NCBI GenBank assembly: GCA_951406725.2
Contig: OX597831.1
Location: forward strand, 30,504,001-30,568,000
DNA: 64,000 bases
Direction: 5' to 3'
Source: Octopus vulgaris
Lineage: Eukaryota
Positions within the stretch are counted from its first letter, which is position 1. Every line of letters starts with the position of its first letter. Made by a program: the position numbers and the translations under genes. The notes beneath the pieces were generated by a model. The model saw only the letters and a program-made list of their open reading frames with translations. It ran no database searches and was not told the DNA's origin. Below are positions 40,671-54,099 of this stretch, one piece after another.

Positions 40671-41246
40671 AATGCACGGGTGCACCCCCCCCCACAAAGA
40701 CACACATTCACACGCATGTGCACGTGCTTGTATGTGTGTGCATATGTTATTTTCATAATTGTCCCACACCAAATATATGTATACACAGTTACATAAAATG
40801 CAGACACATATTTTTATAAAACACACACAGATACACACACATACATACACATTTATATGGGGAGTGGAACAGGTGAAATGCACGCTGCATATCTTTCGTA
40901 GGTGGCTGAAACTCGTGTGGCATTTGTTGAAAAAGAGCTATGCTCATTGCGTCACGAGATTCAAACTAGCTAAGAAACATACGTAGCGTCCATTTTAACT
41001 GATCCGCTCGCTCAATTTCGATTTTTTATTCGCGTTTTAGCAGCTTTAGATGCTAACTGTAAGCTATATAGAAACTATCAGCTCATCGAACTTCCTCGTA
41101 ACTTCGATATAGGAAAAATGTCTGTAACTCTCGCCGCCAATAAATTGTTATTGTGGCTTATTATTACATTGTACATTTTTCGTTCTCTATTCCTGCTTGA
41201 AGCTTACAAACTTAATACACATGCATCCCCAGATCGTATAATCATA

Positions 41247-41305
<59 letters not shown>

Positions 41306-42494
41306 GGATGTGTGAGTATGCGTGCAGGGATAACATTTGGAACCATATATGGTTATTTTGTTCTCATTATTCAATCGACCAATATTTTCGACGTAGTATA
41401 TCTATATTTGTATCTATGGGAATAAGGTCGAGTGGATGGGTAGATGTGCGCGTGTGTGTGAGAGTATGTTGTATCGTGTTAACATACTTCCGTGTAGATG
41501 CGCATGTCTTACTCCGTATATGTATGAGTGTATGCATGCGTATATAAAAAGTAAGGAAGATAATGATTGAGATAGAAGAGAGAGAGAGATACAGAGAGAG
41601 AGAAAGAGAAAGCAAGAGAAAGGATACGTACTTATATATATATACAAACGTACACACACGTTTGATATATACATATACATACATATATATATATATATCA
41701 ATATCAATAAGCACTAAATATATATATATGAATGTACACCACACACACATTATACATATATGTGCGTAATAGAGCGCACAAATGTATGTGGAGAGTGTAT
41801 ATATACTTTGGTACGTATGAATCTATCATGAATTGTATATGCTTGTGAACACCACAAAATTTCATGTGTCTTACTATATAGTCTCTTGAAACTCTTTTCG
41901 ATCGTCCATGAACAGAAAAAAGCCTGTAGGTGTCCATTGCAAATTAACCAAGTGTTTATTATATTCTTCTCATTTACTTATTGTATTCACGAGAAATACC
42001 GGAAATCTCTCAGCCTATCATGGTTTTTCGTAATAGATAAGATAAACGGGCAGATAAAGTGCTTTACACAATAGAAACAACAAAAGGCAAACTGGCAAAT
42101 ATAACACCATTAGAAGCGATTGTATTTTAATAACATTCGTTGATTGGATATGGCCGAAAGCTTACGTTGTTAACCATAACCGTTTTGGAATACTAAACAT
42201 GGACAGTAGCGTATCTGGGGTTTCATCCCTTATCAGTATATGTGTGCGCGTGTATATATATATGCACACACACAGTTATATACATATATAGTTGCAAACG
42301 TATATTTGTGAGTCTAAAGATATATATTTATTTGTATATATATATATATATATATATACCTCCGTATATGAGTGTACTTATCAATTTATCTACCTATCTC
42401 TCAATTTACGAATGCATCTAACCTGTATGTTTCTATCCAGCTTTATATAGTAACGAAAAAAACAAACAACAACAACAACAACAATAATAATAAT

Positions 42495-42707
42495 CTTTTC
42501 TATTATAGGCTCGAGGCCAGAAATTTGGTAAGAAGAGCTAAGTCGATTACATCATCTCCAGTGTTTCACAAGCACTTAATATATCGATCCCGAAAGGATG
42601 AAAGGCAAAGTCGACCACGGTAAAATTTGAACTCAGAACGTAGCGACGGGTGAAATACGGCTAAGCATCTTGCCCAGCGTGCTAACGATTCTGCCAGCTC
42701 GCCGCCT
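42495..42707 (-). mobile_element. SINE family C
   Basis: cccgaaaggatgaaaggcaaagtcgacc ... gaactcagaacgtagcg ... ctgccagctcgccgcct. Confidence 0.85.
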
Positions 42708-42742
42708 CAGTAATAGAACAAAAAGTTAGATATTAGCAATGT

Positions 42743-43033
42743 TTCGTTTTTAGATTTGGTTTGCAAGATTCTTTATGTGAGTTCGTGTGTTGAAGCATAT
42801 TCTTTTGTGTCTGGGGAGAGTCATTTTCTTATATAATTTATACACACTTACCGGTAAAATTATAATTTAATACACTCTCCGGTAAAATTTCCACTTATTT
42901 CTTATTGAAATGGTTGCAAGAAGCAACGAAAATTTTAGGAAAATAGAAATAAGAAATAAGTGGAAATTTGACCGGTGAGTGTGTTAAATTATAAAGCACA
43001 AAAAGAGAATGACTCTCCCCAGACACAACAGAG
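42743..43033. mobile_element. Foldback insertion with 12-bp TSD, probably PLE-derived
   Basis: TATTAGCAATGT at 42731-42742 and 43034-43045; inverted arms about 42798-42906 / 42948-43036 (tgtgtctggggagagtcatt / aatgactctccccagacaca; tttccacttatttcttatt / aataagaaataagtggaaa). Confidence 0.75.
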
Positions 43034-43167
43034 TATTAGCAATGTGTTTTTCAAATAATGTAAATCAATATACACGTGTATCTGTGTACGTGTATGTATA
43101 TATGTGTACATATATGTACACACACATACACACACAGACTGACATACATATATATATATGCATGTAT

Positions 43168-43213
<46 letters not shown>

Positions 43214-43383
43214 GTATATATATATTTGTATGGATATGTATTTCTATATCTATATATGTATACGTATATACACACTTGTTCTTTTAATGACAAGCAGTCA
43301 GACAGACAGGCAGACGGGCAGACAAACAGACAGACTGACGAACAGTCCGATAGATAGGTAGCTGGATAGATAGATAGATAGGC

Positions 43384-43442
<59 letters not shown>

Positions 43443-43869
43443 TAGATAGATAAAGTCTATTGGTAGTTATACATCTGAAAATTGCATATATATATATATA
43501 TATATACATACATGCATGCCGAAGTGTGTACGTGTGTGTATGTAACTGTGTGGGATATAATCACACCTTAAAGAATAGTCCTATAGAAATTTTAAGTTAG
43601 AAAACGACTGCGTAAAAACCAATAGTTGCCAGTAACAATTGTTGTTGTGCAAGAACTCCTTGCAATTTACTCAGTAATAAGTTTGGTGCATTGTCTACAT
43701 GAATTCCAGAATGTTCCGTGAACCATTGTGGCAATACTTACACAATGTCTACCTGATTTACCGTGTTAAATATAATTTTCTTAACCATGATAATTGTACT
43801 GGCATACATGAATACATAGATATAAAGAAACATACCTATACATACGCACTTACATACATATATATGTAT

Positions 43870-43951
<82 letters not shown>

Positions 43952-44230
43952 CGTTTCTGTGTGTGTGCTTGTGCGTGTGTATATACATATATATTTATAA
44001 TCTTAGATATGTAATAAATAACTGCACACACACGCACGCACACATATGTATATACACACATATATATCTATACATACAATTGTGTGTGTGTATATATATA
44101 TATATACCTATATACACCTATATATATAAAAATATATACATACATATTTGTATATTATATAAATGTCTATGTACATATATATATATAAATGCATATGTAT
44201 ATGTGTATATATGTATATGTATATATATAC

Positions 44231-44278
<48 letters not shown>

Positions 44279-45280
44279 GCATGTATACGCGTATCATGTA
44301 AAATATACATATATGACATAACAAATCGATAGAAAAATGCAGACAGTGAAGTTGATATGCAGTGATATATTTTAATATACAATGGTAGAGTGTGCTATAT
44401 GTAGACTGCTTTGTCGGATATGCACAGGCAGAAACAATTACTTAAGAATATAATGCCAGTATCTCCACCTTGTCGTGCGCTAGACAAAGAATACTGTGTG
44501 AAATTTATGCAGTTAATGTTCAGGTTCTACTGTGGAATTGTTTTGTGTTTGGGGTTAGCGAGTAAAAAGTAGCCATAACTCCGTTTTTATAGGAGAGCGG
44601 TATTGTAAGAGAATATGTTTATGGTTCGATTTTGGCTAGTTGGGGCTATAAACTGCAGAATAATTGATGAGGCGAAAGTGGGGTAGAAGATGCTCTCATA
44701 ATTTTTTTGTTTATGTGTATGTCTCTCAACCTGCTAAATATAGTAATGAAATATCAACATCAAATATTTCCTGTCATCTTAAAACGAACAGAGTTATTCA
44801 AAGTTGTTGCCCGAGATACAATGTGTCTAAAAATGTATTAATATATTCACATTTAGACTTTAGTGATAATAGCTCCGTTGGGCTATTATGACAACAGCAA
44901 TGCAACATCAATGAGACGTTTCAAACATGGAAATACCGTTGGATTTTGCAATAAAAATGCACCAAAAGATGTGCTTATTTGTTTGTTCTTAGTTCATCAG
45001 AGTACAACACTTGGTCAGGGTCAGAGTACAAATCTATTAATAGCCCATCCTACCTATCCTTGAAGTGACTTCATAGCATATTCTAGACAGAATATAAGCG
45101 GAAGAATAATAATAATGATATTGGTTTCAAATTTTGGCCCAAGGTCAACAGTTTCCGGGGAAGGTGTAAATCTATCACATCGACCCCAAGTGCTCAACAG
45201 GCACTTATTTCACGAAAAGGGCATGAGCGCAGGCTTGACTTTGCAAGTAAATGAGCGCATTGATATATTATCCTTGAATA

Positions 45281-45485
45281 AAGTGGCGACCTGGCAGAAT
45301 CGTGAGCAAGCCGGGTAAAATGCTTAGCAACATTTCGTCTGTCTGCATGTTCTGGGTTCAAATTTCGCCGAGGTCGACTTTGCCTTTCGTCCTTTCGGGG
45401 CTCGACAAATTAAGTACCAGTTGAACACTTGAGTCGACGTAATCGACCAACACTCTCCTCCAAATTTCCTGACCTTGTTCCAAAA
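45281..45485 (+). mobile_element. SINE family C
   Basis: ctggcagaatcgtgagc ... gttcaaatttcgccgaggtcgactttgcctttc ... attaagtaccagtt. Confidence 0.8.
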
Positions 45486-45577
45486 TATAAAGCTGATATG
45501 TTATCACTGAGTGTAGCTTGGAAATAACATAAAAGTGGTATGAACACAATCTAGAGATTATGACAAAGAATAAGAAT

Positions 45578-45935
45578 AGCAGGATTCTATGGGACTTACC
45601 AATAAAGTCTGACCATTATTATGAGGTAAAAAAAAAGATATCATTATAGGGTACAAAATAAAGAGTGAAACACAGATTTTATAATGTCATATGATAGCAG
45701 TGGAGGCGAAAGTAATTTTTAAAAATTGAAAAATATCAGGACCTAGCCAGAGAATTGAAGAAATTATGGAAGACTTAAGAAAAGAATTATTCCAATGATA
45801 ATTGGTGTACTTGGCACAAAAATCAAACTGCTACGTAAGAAACTGGGGTTCATGTTGTAGATCTGCAGAAAAGTGAAATTTAAAAAAAAATTTGCATGAC
45901 TCCTTAAAAAGGTTCCTGAGGTTTGAGGATACTTT
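45578..45935 (+). pseudogene. Old, decayed R4/Dong-type RLE fragment
   Basis: Across frameshifts: RILWDLPIKSDH ... KIEKYQDLARELKKLWK ... IIPMIIGVLGT ... DLQKS ... LLKKV. Confidence 0.75.
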
Positions 45936-46009
45936 TTGTCAACAAACTTTAGAACAACATCAATGCTTTTGAATACGACTACCAATGGTAATACTACTGA
46001 TAATAAATC

Positions 46010-46221
46010 TTTCTGCTGTAGGCACAAGGCCTGGAATTTTGAGGAGACGTAAATCGATTACATCAACCCCAGTAATAAACTGACACATATTTTGATCAAT
46101 CCCGAAAGGATGAAAAGCAGAATCAGCCTCAGCGGGAATTGAACTTAAGATGTGAGGGCGGGCGAAATGCTGCTAAGCATTTTATCCGGCGTGCTAACAA
46201 TTATACCTGCTCGCTGCCTTA
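46010..46221 (-). mobile_element. SINE family C
   Basis: aggcacaaggcctggaatttt ... cccgaaaggatgaaaagc ... gctcgctgcctt. Confidence 0.75.
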
Positions 46222-46236
46222 ATAATAATAATAATA

Positions 46237-46319
<83 letters not shown>

Positions 46320-46851
46320 TATGGAATAACAACAGAAAAAAAGATGGTATAGGCACACACCAGAAAAGGTCACAGAAAACGAGAAAGCAACCATACTCTG
46401 GGATATGCCGATACACACAGATAGAGAAATTAAGGCCAACAGACCAGATATAGTTGTCAGAGATCATGAAGAAAAAAATGCTTTCTAATTGATGTATCAA
46501 TACCGGCAGATGACAACGTGTCTCTAAAAGAAATGGAGAAACTCTCAAAATACAAAGACCTGGAAATAGAGGTAACTAGAATGTGGAACCTGAAAACAGA
46601 AACAATTCCTATCATAGTAGGTGCATTAGGCATGATAAAAAAATATTCAGACAAATACATAACAAAAACACCAGGACTTACAAACACATATAACATACAG
46701 AAAATTGCACTACTAGGCACTGCACACATCCTACGCAGAACACTTTCCATACAATAACCATCAGAGCATCACAACAAATCACAGCACATACCCAATGTAC
46801 ACAGAGCTGCGCTCGGTAGTGAGGTGAAAGCACGCTATAAAAATAAAACTA

Positions 46852-46854
<3 letters not shown>
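46320..46854 (+). mobile_element. Young 5'-truncated R4/Dong-type RLE retrotransposon in (AAT)n
   Basis: WYRHTPEKVTENEKATILWDMPIHTDREIKANRPDIVV ... FLIDVSIP ... EKLSKYKDLEIEVTRMW ... PIIVGALG ... IQKIALLGTAHILRRTLSIQ* (stop ends 46757); two A-run frameshifts; (AAT)n on both sides. Confidence 0.93.
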
Positions 46855-46950
<96 letters not shown>

Positions 46951-46959
46951 AAGAAGAAG

Positions 46960-47499
46960 CATTATGCCCTGATGCAGTACCAGACAGTGGCTCTCATGGC
47001 TCCCGATCTTAACTGATTGGAAGTGTTATCATGTACATTGTTTTGTCTTGGTATAAAAGATGGGCTACAGCAAATATTCTGCTCAATACCACAGATTTTC
47101 TTGTCAGTTGTTTGACCTTAAGCAGTTGAGCATGTCCCTCAGTTGCTGACAATATGTGCATCTCTGATCACGAGCAGAAGTAATGGGGAAGCATCATAGC
47201 CATGTGTTGATAGGAATTCTTTGGGGTTTGGATAATACACCTCTGGAAACGGGTGTTTCGTTCAACATCCTTAAATAAACCTTATTCAGAGACCTTTTGA
47301 GCGGGTTGGGCTACTCGACCTGAAGAAAATTCTAATTTGACCCCCACCTGCAAGCCCATGCTCTATTTATCTTAATATGGGATCACCATGTCGCGCACAT
47401 ATGGTTGCTATGCATGTGCGTGGTGTACCCTTATCAGACGGGACTTCATATATTTTACCCCAGTGTCACTTTGATGGCATCCACTGCTATCTCACTCAA

Positions 47500-47500
<1 letters not shown>
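46960..47500. mobile_element. ~540-bp non-coding element bounded by trinucleotide tracts (probable non-autonomous retroelement or LINE UTR)
   Basis: Sharp boundaries at (AAG)n and (ACT)n; higher GC and complexity than its flanks; no ORF similarity seen; one copy in this window. Confidence 0.5.
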
Positions 47501-47564
<64 letters not shown>

Positions 47565-47585
47565 GTGCTGCTGCTGCTGCTGCTG

Positions 47586-47670
<85 letters not shown>
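47501..47670. repeat. (ACT)n-(GCT)n-(ACT)n-(AAT)n compound trinucleotide tract
   Basis: Directly visible. Confidence 0.97.
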
Positions 47671-47672
<2 letters not shown>

Positions 47673-47885
47673 GTTTCAAATTTTGCCACAAAGGCAGCAA
47701 TTTTGGAGGAGGGGGTGAGTTGACTATATCGACCCTAGTGTTCAACTGGTACTTATTTTATCAACACCGGTAGGATGAAAAGCAAAATCGACCTCGGCGG
47801 AATTTAAACTCAGGACGTAAAGAAGGACGAAATACCGCAAAGCAATCTACCCGGTGTACTAACGATTCTGCTACCTGGCCGCCTT
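47671..47885 (-). mobile_element. SINE family C
   Basis: aggatgaaaagcaaaatcgacctcggcggaattt ... taacgattctgc ... ccgcctt. Confidence 0.8.
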
Positions 47886-47993
47886 AATGGTAATGATGAT
47901 GATGATGACGACGATAATGATGATGTTAATGATGATGATAATGATGATGATGATGATGATGCCGATGCTGATGATGATAATGAAGATAATAAC

Positions 47994-48030
<37 letters not shown>

Positions 48031-48793
48031 GTGATGATAATGATAATGATGATGATGATGATAAGCTGAAGTAGAAGTTGGAAAAGAAGAAAAACAGCGA
48101 CAACAAAGAAGGAAAAGAACAACAAAAGGAACCAGAAGAAGAAGAAGAAGAAGAAGGAATGGAAGAAGAAATATAGGAAATGGTTCTCTATATTGAAACC
48201 TCCAAGTCCGCATTACAATATTGCACCGTCGTCACTTGTAATCTACCTGACAAAGCTGGTATTAATAATAGAAATTCATATCGGATTGCTTTAGTACAAT
48301 TACGTTCACATAATAGAGCTACTGCAAGTTATAGAAGTGTAATAGGATACAAGAAGACGGGCTGCGTTTATTTCTGTGGAAGACATACACACACACACAC
48401 ACACTTTCACTTTCGCTTTCTCTCACGGAGAGCCGTAGTCGATGAGATTAAGCCAAACGAAAATAGATTTCTTTGATTAAACTCTATCAAAGATGCAGGT
48501 TTGCCATTCATTCTTCGCTTCAACAAAGCATGGCAAAAATTGAGATGGCGATTGTGCCGGCAATGTCGGCAATGCAATGATGATTTCGTGTGGTGGTGAA
48601 TGTATGCGCGCTTGGGACCCAGTTGTTGTTACTGATATAATGGCATGTCAATATAGCGTTTATGCAGAAACACACACACACAGGTATGCGCATGCGCTCC
48701 AACCTACATATTGGCATACGTACACGTGCACTACATACACGCACAAATTCACACACACATGCACACATATATGTATATATGTATAAATATATG

Positions 48794-48863
<70 letters not shown>

Positions 48864-49128
48864 TGTGTGTGTGTGTATTTGTGTGAGTATATCTGTATGC
48901 GTGCATGTATGATATGTTGGTTTGGTCTTTCAAACGAAAACAAAAGAACTCAATATATGAATTAGAGTATGTACATTCTCTATTTATTACTTCTAAAGTT
49001 AAATAACAGTGAGAATATTGTAGAGATTTGAACCAAACCTCTTGCCAAACTCTTGATCCGTGAGTCAACGCATATATTAATTATATGTATGTTTATACCT
49101 ATAATCTATAATTCTATATATTTATCAA

Positions 49129-49177
<49 letters not shown>

Positions 49178-49279
49178 ATGCATATGTGTGTTTGCGCGTG
49201 TTCATATATGTGTGTACCAAGTGTGTCTCGGCCTCTCGCTTTCTCTCTCATACTTGCTCATTCTCTCCTTCAAACCTTT

Positions 49280-49311
<32 letters not shown>

Positions 49312-49638
49312 AAATATGGCGATCGGGATTGCTATATTAAGTAGATTGCTTTGTAGTCACATAGTTTCGGACCACGTACATCTTCACGGCGACTTAGGCA
49401 AGTGTCGTGCACTATAGCCTGGGGTTGAATAGATGCTTGTTTGCTTTGTCTGCGTTTTATTTCTTGTTCAATGCACACGCACAAGCGAAAAGACCTTATT
49501 TTCGTCCCGAGCCATCATATAGACGACATATTAATTACTCAGAATGAGACAACACAATATACCTTGCAGAGTACAGGTAATAATATCGTCCTATACAGCA
49601 TTATTGCAATCCTCTTTGTTTTTATTTTCATTACTACT

Positions 49639-50220
49639 AAGGCGGCGAGCTGGCAGAATCGTTAGCACGCCGGGTGAAATGCGTAGCTGTATTTCGTCTG
49701 CCGTTACATTCTGAGTTCAAATTCCGCCGAGGTCGATTTTGTCTTTCATCCTTTCGGGGTCGATAAATTAAGTACCAGTTACGCACTGGGGTCGATGTAA
49801 TCGACTTAAACCGTCTGTGTGTACTTTTTTGTCCCCTCTGTGTTTAACCTCTTGTGGGTAGTAAAGAAATAGAAATAGACATTTCGTCTGCCGCTACGTT
49901 CTGAGTTCAAATTCCGCCGAGGACGACTTTGCCTTTCATCCTTTCGTGGTCGATAAATTAGTACCAGTTACGCACTGGGGTCGATGTAATCGATTTAATC
50001 CGTTTGTCTGTCCTTGTTTGTTCCCTCTATGTTTAGCTCCTTGTGGGTAATAAAGAAATAGGTATTTTGCCCGTCTTTACATTCTGAGTTCAACTTCTGC
50101 CGTGGTCGACTTTGCCTTTCATCCTTTCAGGGTCGATAAATTAAGTACCAGTCAAGTACTGGGATCTATGAGGTCGAATTAACCCCATACCTACAAATGT
50201 CAAGCCTTTAGTAAAAAGTA
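49639..50220 (+). mobile_element. SINE family C tandem trimer
   Basis: One full head (aaggcggcgagctggcagaatcg) followed by three ttctgagttcaa bodies, period about 170-190 bp. Confidence 0.92.
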
Positions 50221-50794
50221 TTATTATCATTATTACTTTTTATCGTCTTTTTATCAATTTCGTTGGCTATATTTTGGTTTATATATGTGATATATCAGGG
50301 AAGATGTCTCTTAAATCGGATGACGTAATGCGTCTGCCTTCGGCTGTAGCTGCGTCGGCAACCCCTTTCTTTAACCGTCATATATCATTGACTACAGCAA
50401 ACACATGCATATATAGTGGCCACCCTATGCGATTCGTAGCCCACACGTCTGGCATTACGCTACTAATAAAATCCAAGTTAAGAAAGGAGTAATATGTTCA
50501 CATAAACTTACAATCACGCTTACACTCAGACACGCATGCGCACATACACGCTCAGAAACAAAGTGGATACATATCTCAATATCTTATTTCTATGTAACAT
50601 ACCGGTGTCATGCCGATAAAGCAGCCTAATTTTCCAAAACTAAAAATCACATCTTCTTCAAATCGCAGACCACCATCTTTAAAAGGTAAGGTTAAGTTCT
50701 AAATTACTTCAATTCTAGATACACCTGAAATGCTGGTTGATTACAATGCTGCATAATCAGAGCGTGTCTAGGATTAAACAATAGCAATAAGCTC

Positions 50795-51047
50795 TTTCTA
50801 AATTTGGCACAAAGTTCACCTAGATTGAGGAGAGGGGCAAGTCGATTGATTGACACCCATCCAGCAAGATTGAGAGGAGGAGCAAACCGATTGATTGACA
50901 CCCATTATTTGACTAACACTTAGAATCCGAATGGATAAAAGGCAAAATTGACCTCGGTGGAATTTGAACACAGAAGTTAAAAGAACGGATGAAATGCTGC
51001 TAAACATTTTGTCCAATGCGCTATCGATTCCACCAACTCACCACCTT
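50795..51047 (-). mobile_element. SINE family C with ~46-bp internal duplication
   Basis: agattgag ... cgattgattgacacccat twice; ttgacctcggtggaatttgaac. Confidence 0.7.
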
Positions 51048-51695
51048 ATACTCATAACAAACCTTTCTTCTTTTGCAAAAAAGAAAAACAAACTGAAAAT
51101 TTGAACAGTGCGGAAGTCAATCACTCAACTGGTATTTCATCGACCATAGGCGGATAAAGAGCAAAGTAGACCCCAGGCAGCATTTCAATTCAGAACGCAA
51201 CTATTTCTAGCGTGTTAACGATTCTGCCAGCACAAACTCAAACATTTTGATCTTTGTAACTGGTATCAATTAAACTGACTCAAGAGAAATGAAAGATTAA
51301 TTCAAAACCAGGAACAGTTTGAACATACGTAACCAAGAGTCAATTAATTAAACAACTTAAGTCAACTAAGTGAATACGGCGTGTCAGTTAATTTACACGC
51401 CACATGTCACATAATTAAATAATAAATGTCAATTAATTAGTGCAAACCAATTATTTAAACACCTTAAGACATACTAACACTGGCGATGACATTACTACTC
51501 AGAGGAGGAACGTGTGGCAAAGAAATTGATTTTACAACAATAGTTTTAAAAAACCGTAAAATGTGGAATTCCCAAAGACCTGAAATGTTTAAAGTAAGTT
51601 TAACTGATATGAATCATTATCACACGCTAGCACTTGCGCGCGCGCGCGTGCACACAAGTATGGGTGAATGTTCATATTTACGTATATACTTATAT

Positions 51696-51740
<45 letters not shown>

Positions 51741-51741
<1 letters not shown>

Positions 51742-51941
51742 CGGGAAGCTTTATGAAAATAAACAAAAGACGAAGGCAGGTGGAATACAAACAAACAATT
51801 GTATTAGTATGGCGCTCAGGAATATAAATAAAACAAGTCTTTTACGTTTTGAGCATACGCTCTTCAACAGAAAGATACACAGAAAAGAAACACGGAGAGA
51901 AACAAGAAGAGAAAAAAAATGCGTGCAGAAGCTAGCGAATC
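51741..51941 (-). mobile_element. PLE-derived family D element with HHR-like motif, abutting (TA)n
   Basis: Minus strand: TCTTT-CTGTTGA-A-GAGC-GTAT-GCTC-AAAA-CG-TA-AAAGA (about 51875-51837). Confidence 0.65.
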
Positions 51942-51964
51942 AACGCAATTCTTATACACATGAA

Positions 51965-52140
51965 ATTAGTGTGCTTACATCCCCGTAACTGAGCGATTCG
52001 GCAAAAGGGACGGATAGAATAAGGACCAGACTTTACAGAAAAATTATAAGTACAGGGAAGTTAATAAGTTTGAATACAATTTCTTCAAGGTAGTGCACCA
52101 GCTTGGCTGCAGTTTAATGAATGAAACAAATAAAATGTAA
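51965..52140 (+). mobile_element. SINE family B, 3' half
   Basis: ttacatccccgtaactgagcgattcggcaaaag ... gtgcaccagcttggctgcagt ... tgaaacaa. Confidence 0.65.
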
Positions 52141-52468
52141 TATCTATTCCGGAATTAAGTTTCTAAGCCCAAGATTATATCCCGCACGCCTTTGTCCACC
52201 CAATTAACGTTCCAAATTCAATGCTATTATGCCACGAAAGAAATATATTAAGGTGTGAGATAAATTTGTTGATATCTTAGACCAACTAATAATAATATTT
52301 GATATGAATTAAACACCGGATGTTTCATAATTTAAAATTAGTTTTACCGTGAACGATAAAGGGATTGATATTAGACATTCTTAGGAAACCTCAAGTTATA
52401 TCACAACTACTTTGTATTCCATTTCATATTCCTGGCTACTAAAAGTACCATTTTAAAATTTCACACAA

Positions 52469-52521
<53 letters not shown>

Positions 52522-52579
52522 AGATGTTAGGATGTACATATATGTATGCATATAGGCATATATATGCATATATATAATG

Positions 52580-52857
<278 letters not shown>

Positions 52858-53007
52858 TATATTATATTTTATATACAGACATATACATGCGTGTATGTGT
52901 ATGTCAGTGCATGTGGATGTATGGATGTATGCCCACGCAAAGCACACACATACATACATAAGCATACATACGTAAGCATACACACGTAAACATACATACA
53001 TGCTTAC

Positions 53008-53038
<31 letters not shown>

Positions 53039-53460
53039 AGTGTACCGATGTATGTCTGCATGTTTACCCACTCAATGCACACATATACCACACATTTTAA
53101 AGCTATATTACATTTTTCTTGCCGTCCGCGTTACTCACAAAAGGTTAGCTTTACTGGACTGTGGCTTGTTATGACCAAGATATACTAAACCCTATGAATG
53201 GCTGTATTAATGTTCAGCAAAGTCGTGAAAACGTACGTTAATCCTAACTGTCTTTGGTATTTGATATTAAGTGTAAAAGAGTTATTTCTGAATAACGATT
53301 GCAGAAAGATAACCTGGGCGCCTACAGGAATATATAAAAGCGTGCGCGCACACACTCACATACATAGGTCCGCTCACACATACATACATATACACATTTC
53401 ATTTTGGTTCTTAAATATTGCTATCTTCACCAAAGTGTCTGAAGTGATACCAGAATATTT

Positions 53461-53548
<88 letters not shown>

Positions 53549-53817
53549 ATCTCTCTCTTTCTATATATATATATATATATGTGCATCTATAGAAATGTAT
53601 AATGTGTACGTATAGATATGTATATATAAATATGTGTTTATGTTTATGTATGTATGTGTGTGAATATATATACACATATATATATATATATGTATATATA
53701 TATATTTATATATATATACACACACATATACATATACACATACACGCACACACATATATGTATGTATACCCAAAATACAAAGATTACGAAGAGTTGTACA
53801 TCTTCGAATTATTTTAA

Positions 53818-54099
53818 TTTAATAGTTGATTATGCAGCATAATTAGTTAGTTAAAACGACCGACACGTGTTTCTGCTTCACAGAGTATGTGCAGTTACGT
53901 ATGCAATCCACAATATTCTTCAGTGCACCTTCATTCAAGGTCTCTGCAGAAGCTGCAGACCGTGCTCCTGGAGAGATCCTGATAGAAGGTGCATCGCATT
54001 ATATTGCGGGTTGCGTATTTACTTGCACAAATTCTGTGAGCCAGAAACACGTGTCGGTCGTTTTAAGTAACTGATTACTCTGTGTGATTAACTGTTAAA
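53818..54099 (+). ncRNA. 136-bp gap-free long hairpin (dsRNA/hpRNA candidate or old foldback element)
   Basis: 53818-53953 pairs with 53964-54099 without indels: 105 WC, 14 G-U, 5 A-C and 12 other mismatches; 10-nt loop. The inverted repeat is certain; function and strand are inferred. Confidence 0.6.

Noticed and set aside
46335-46480. Compensating +1/-1 frameshifts in the RLE fragment as programmed frameshifting
   Set aside because: Both lie in A homopolymers of a truncated dead copy; slippage or sequencing error is simpler.
54033-54060. CTGTGAG-CCA-GAAA-CACGTG-TC as a hammerhead in the long hairpin
   Set aside because: It has GAAA, a palindrome and GUC, but no CUGANGA, no stem II and no stem I partner.
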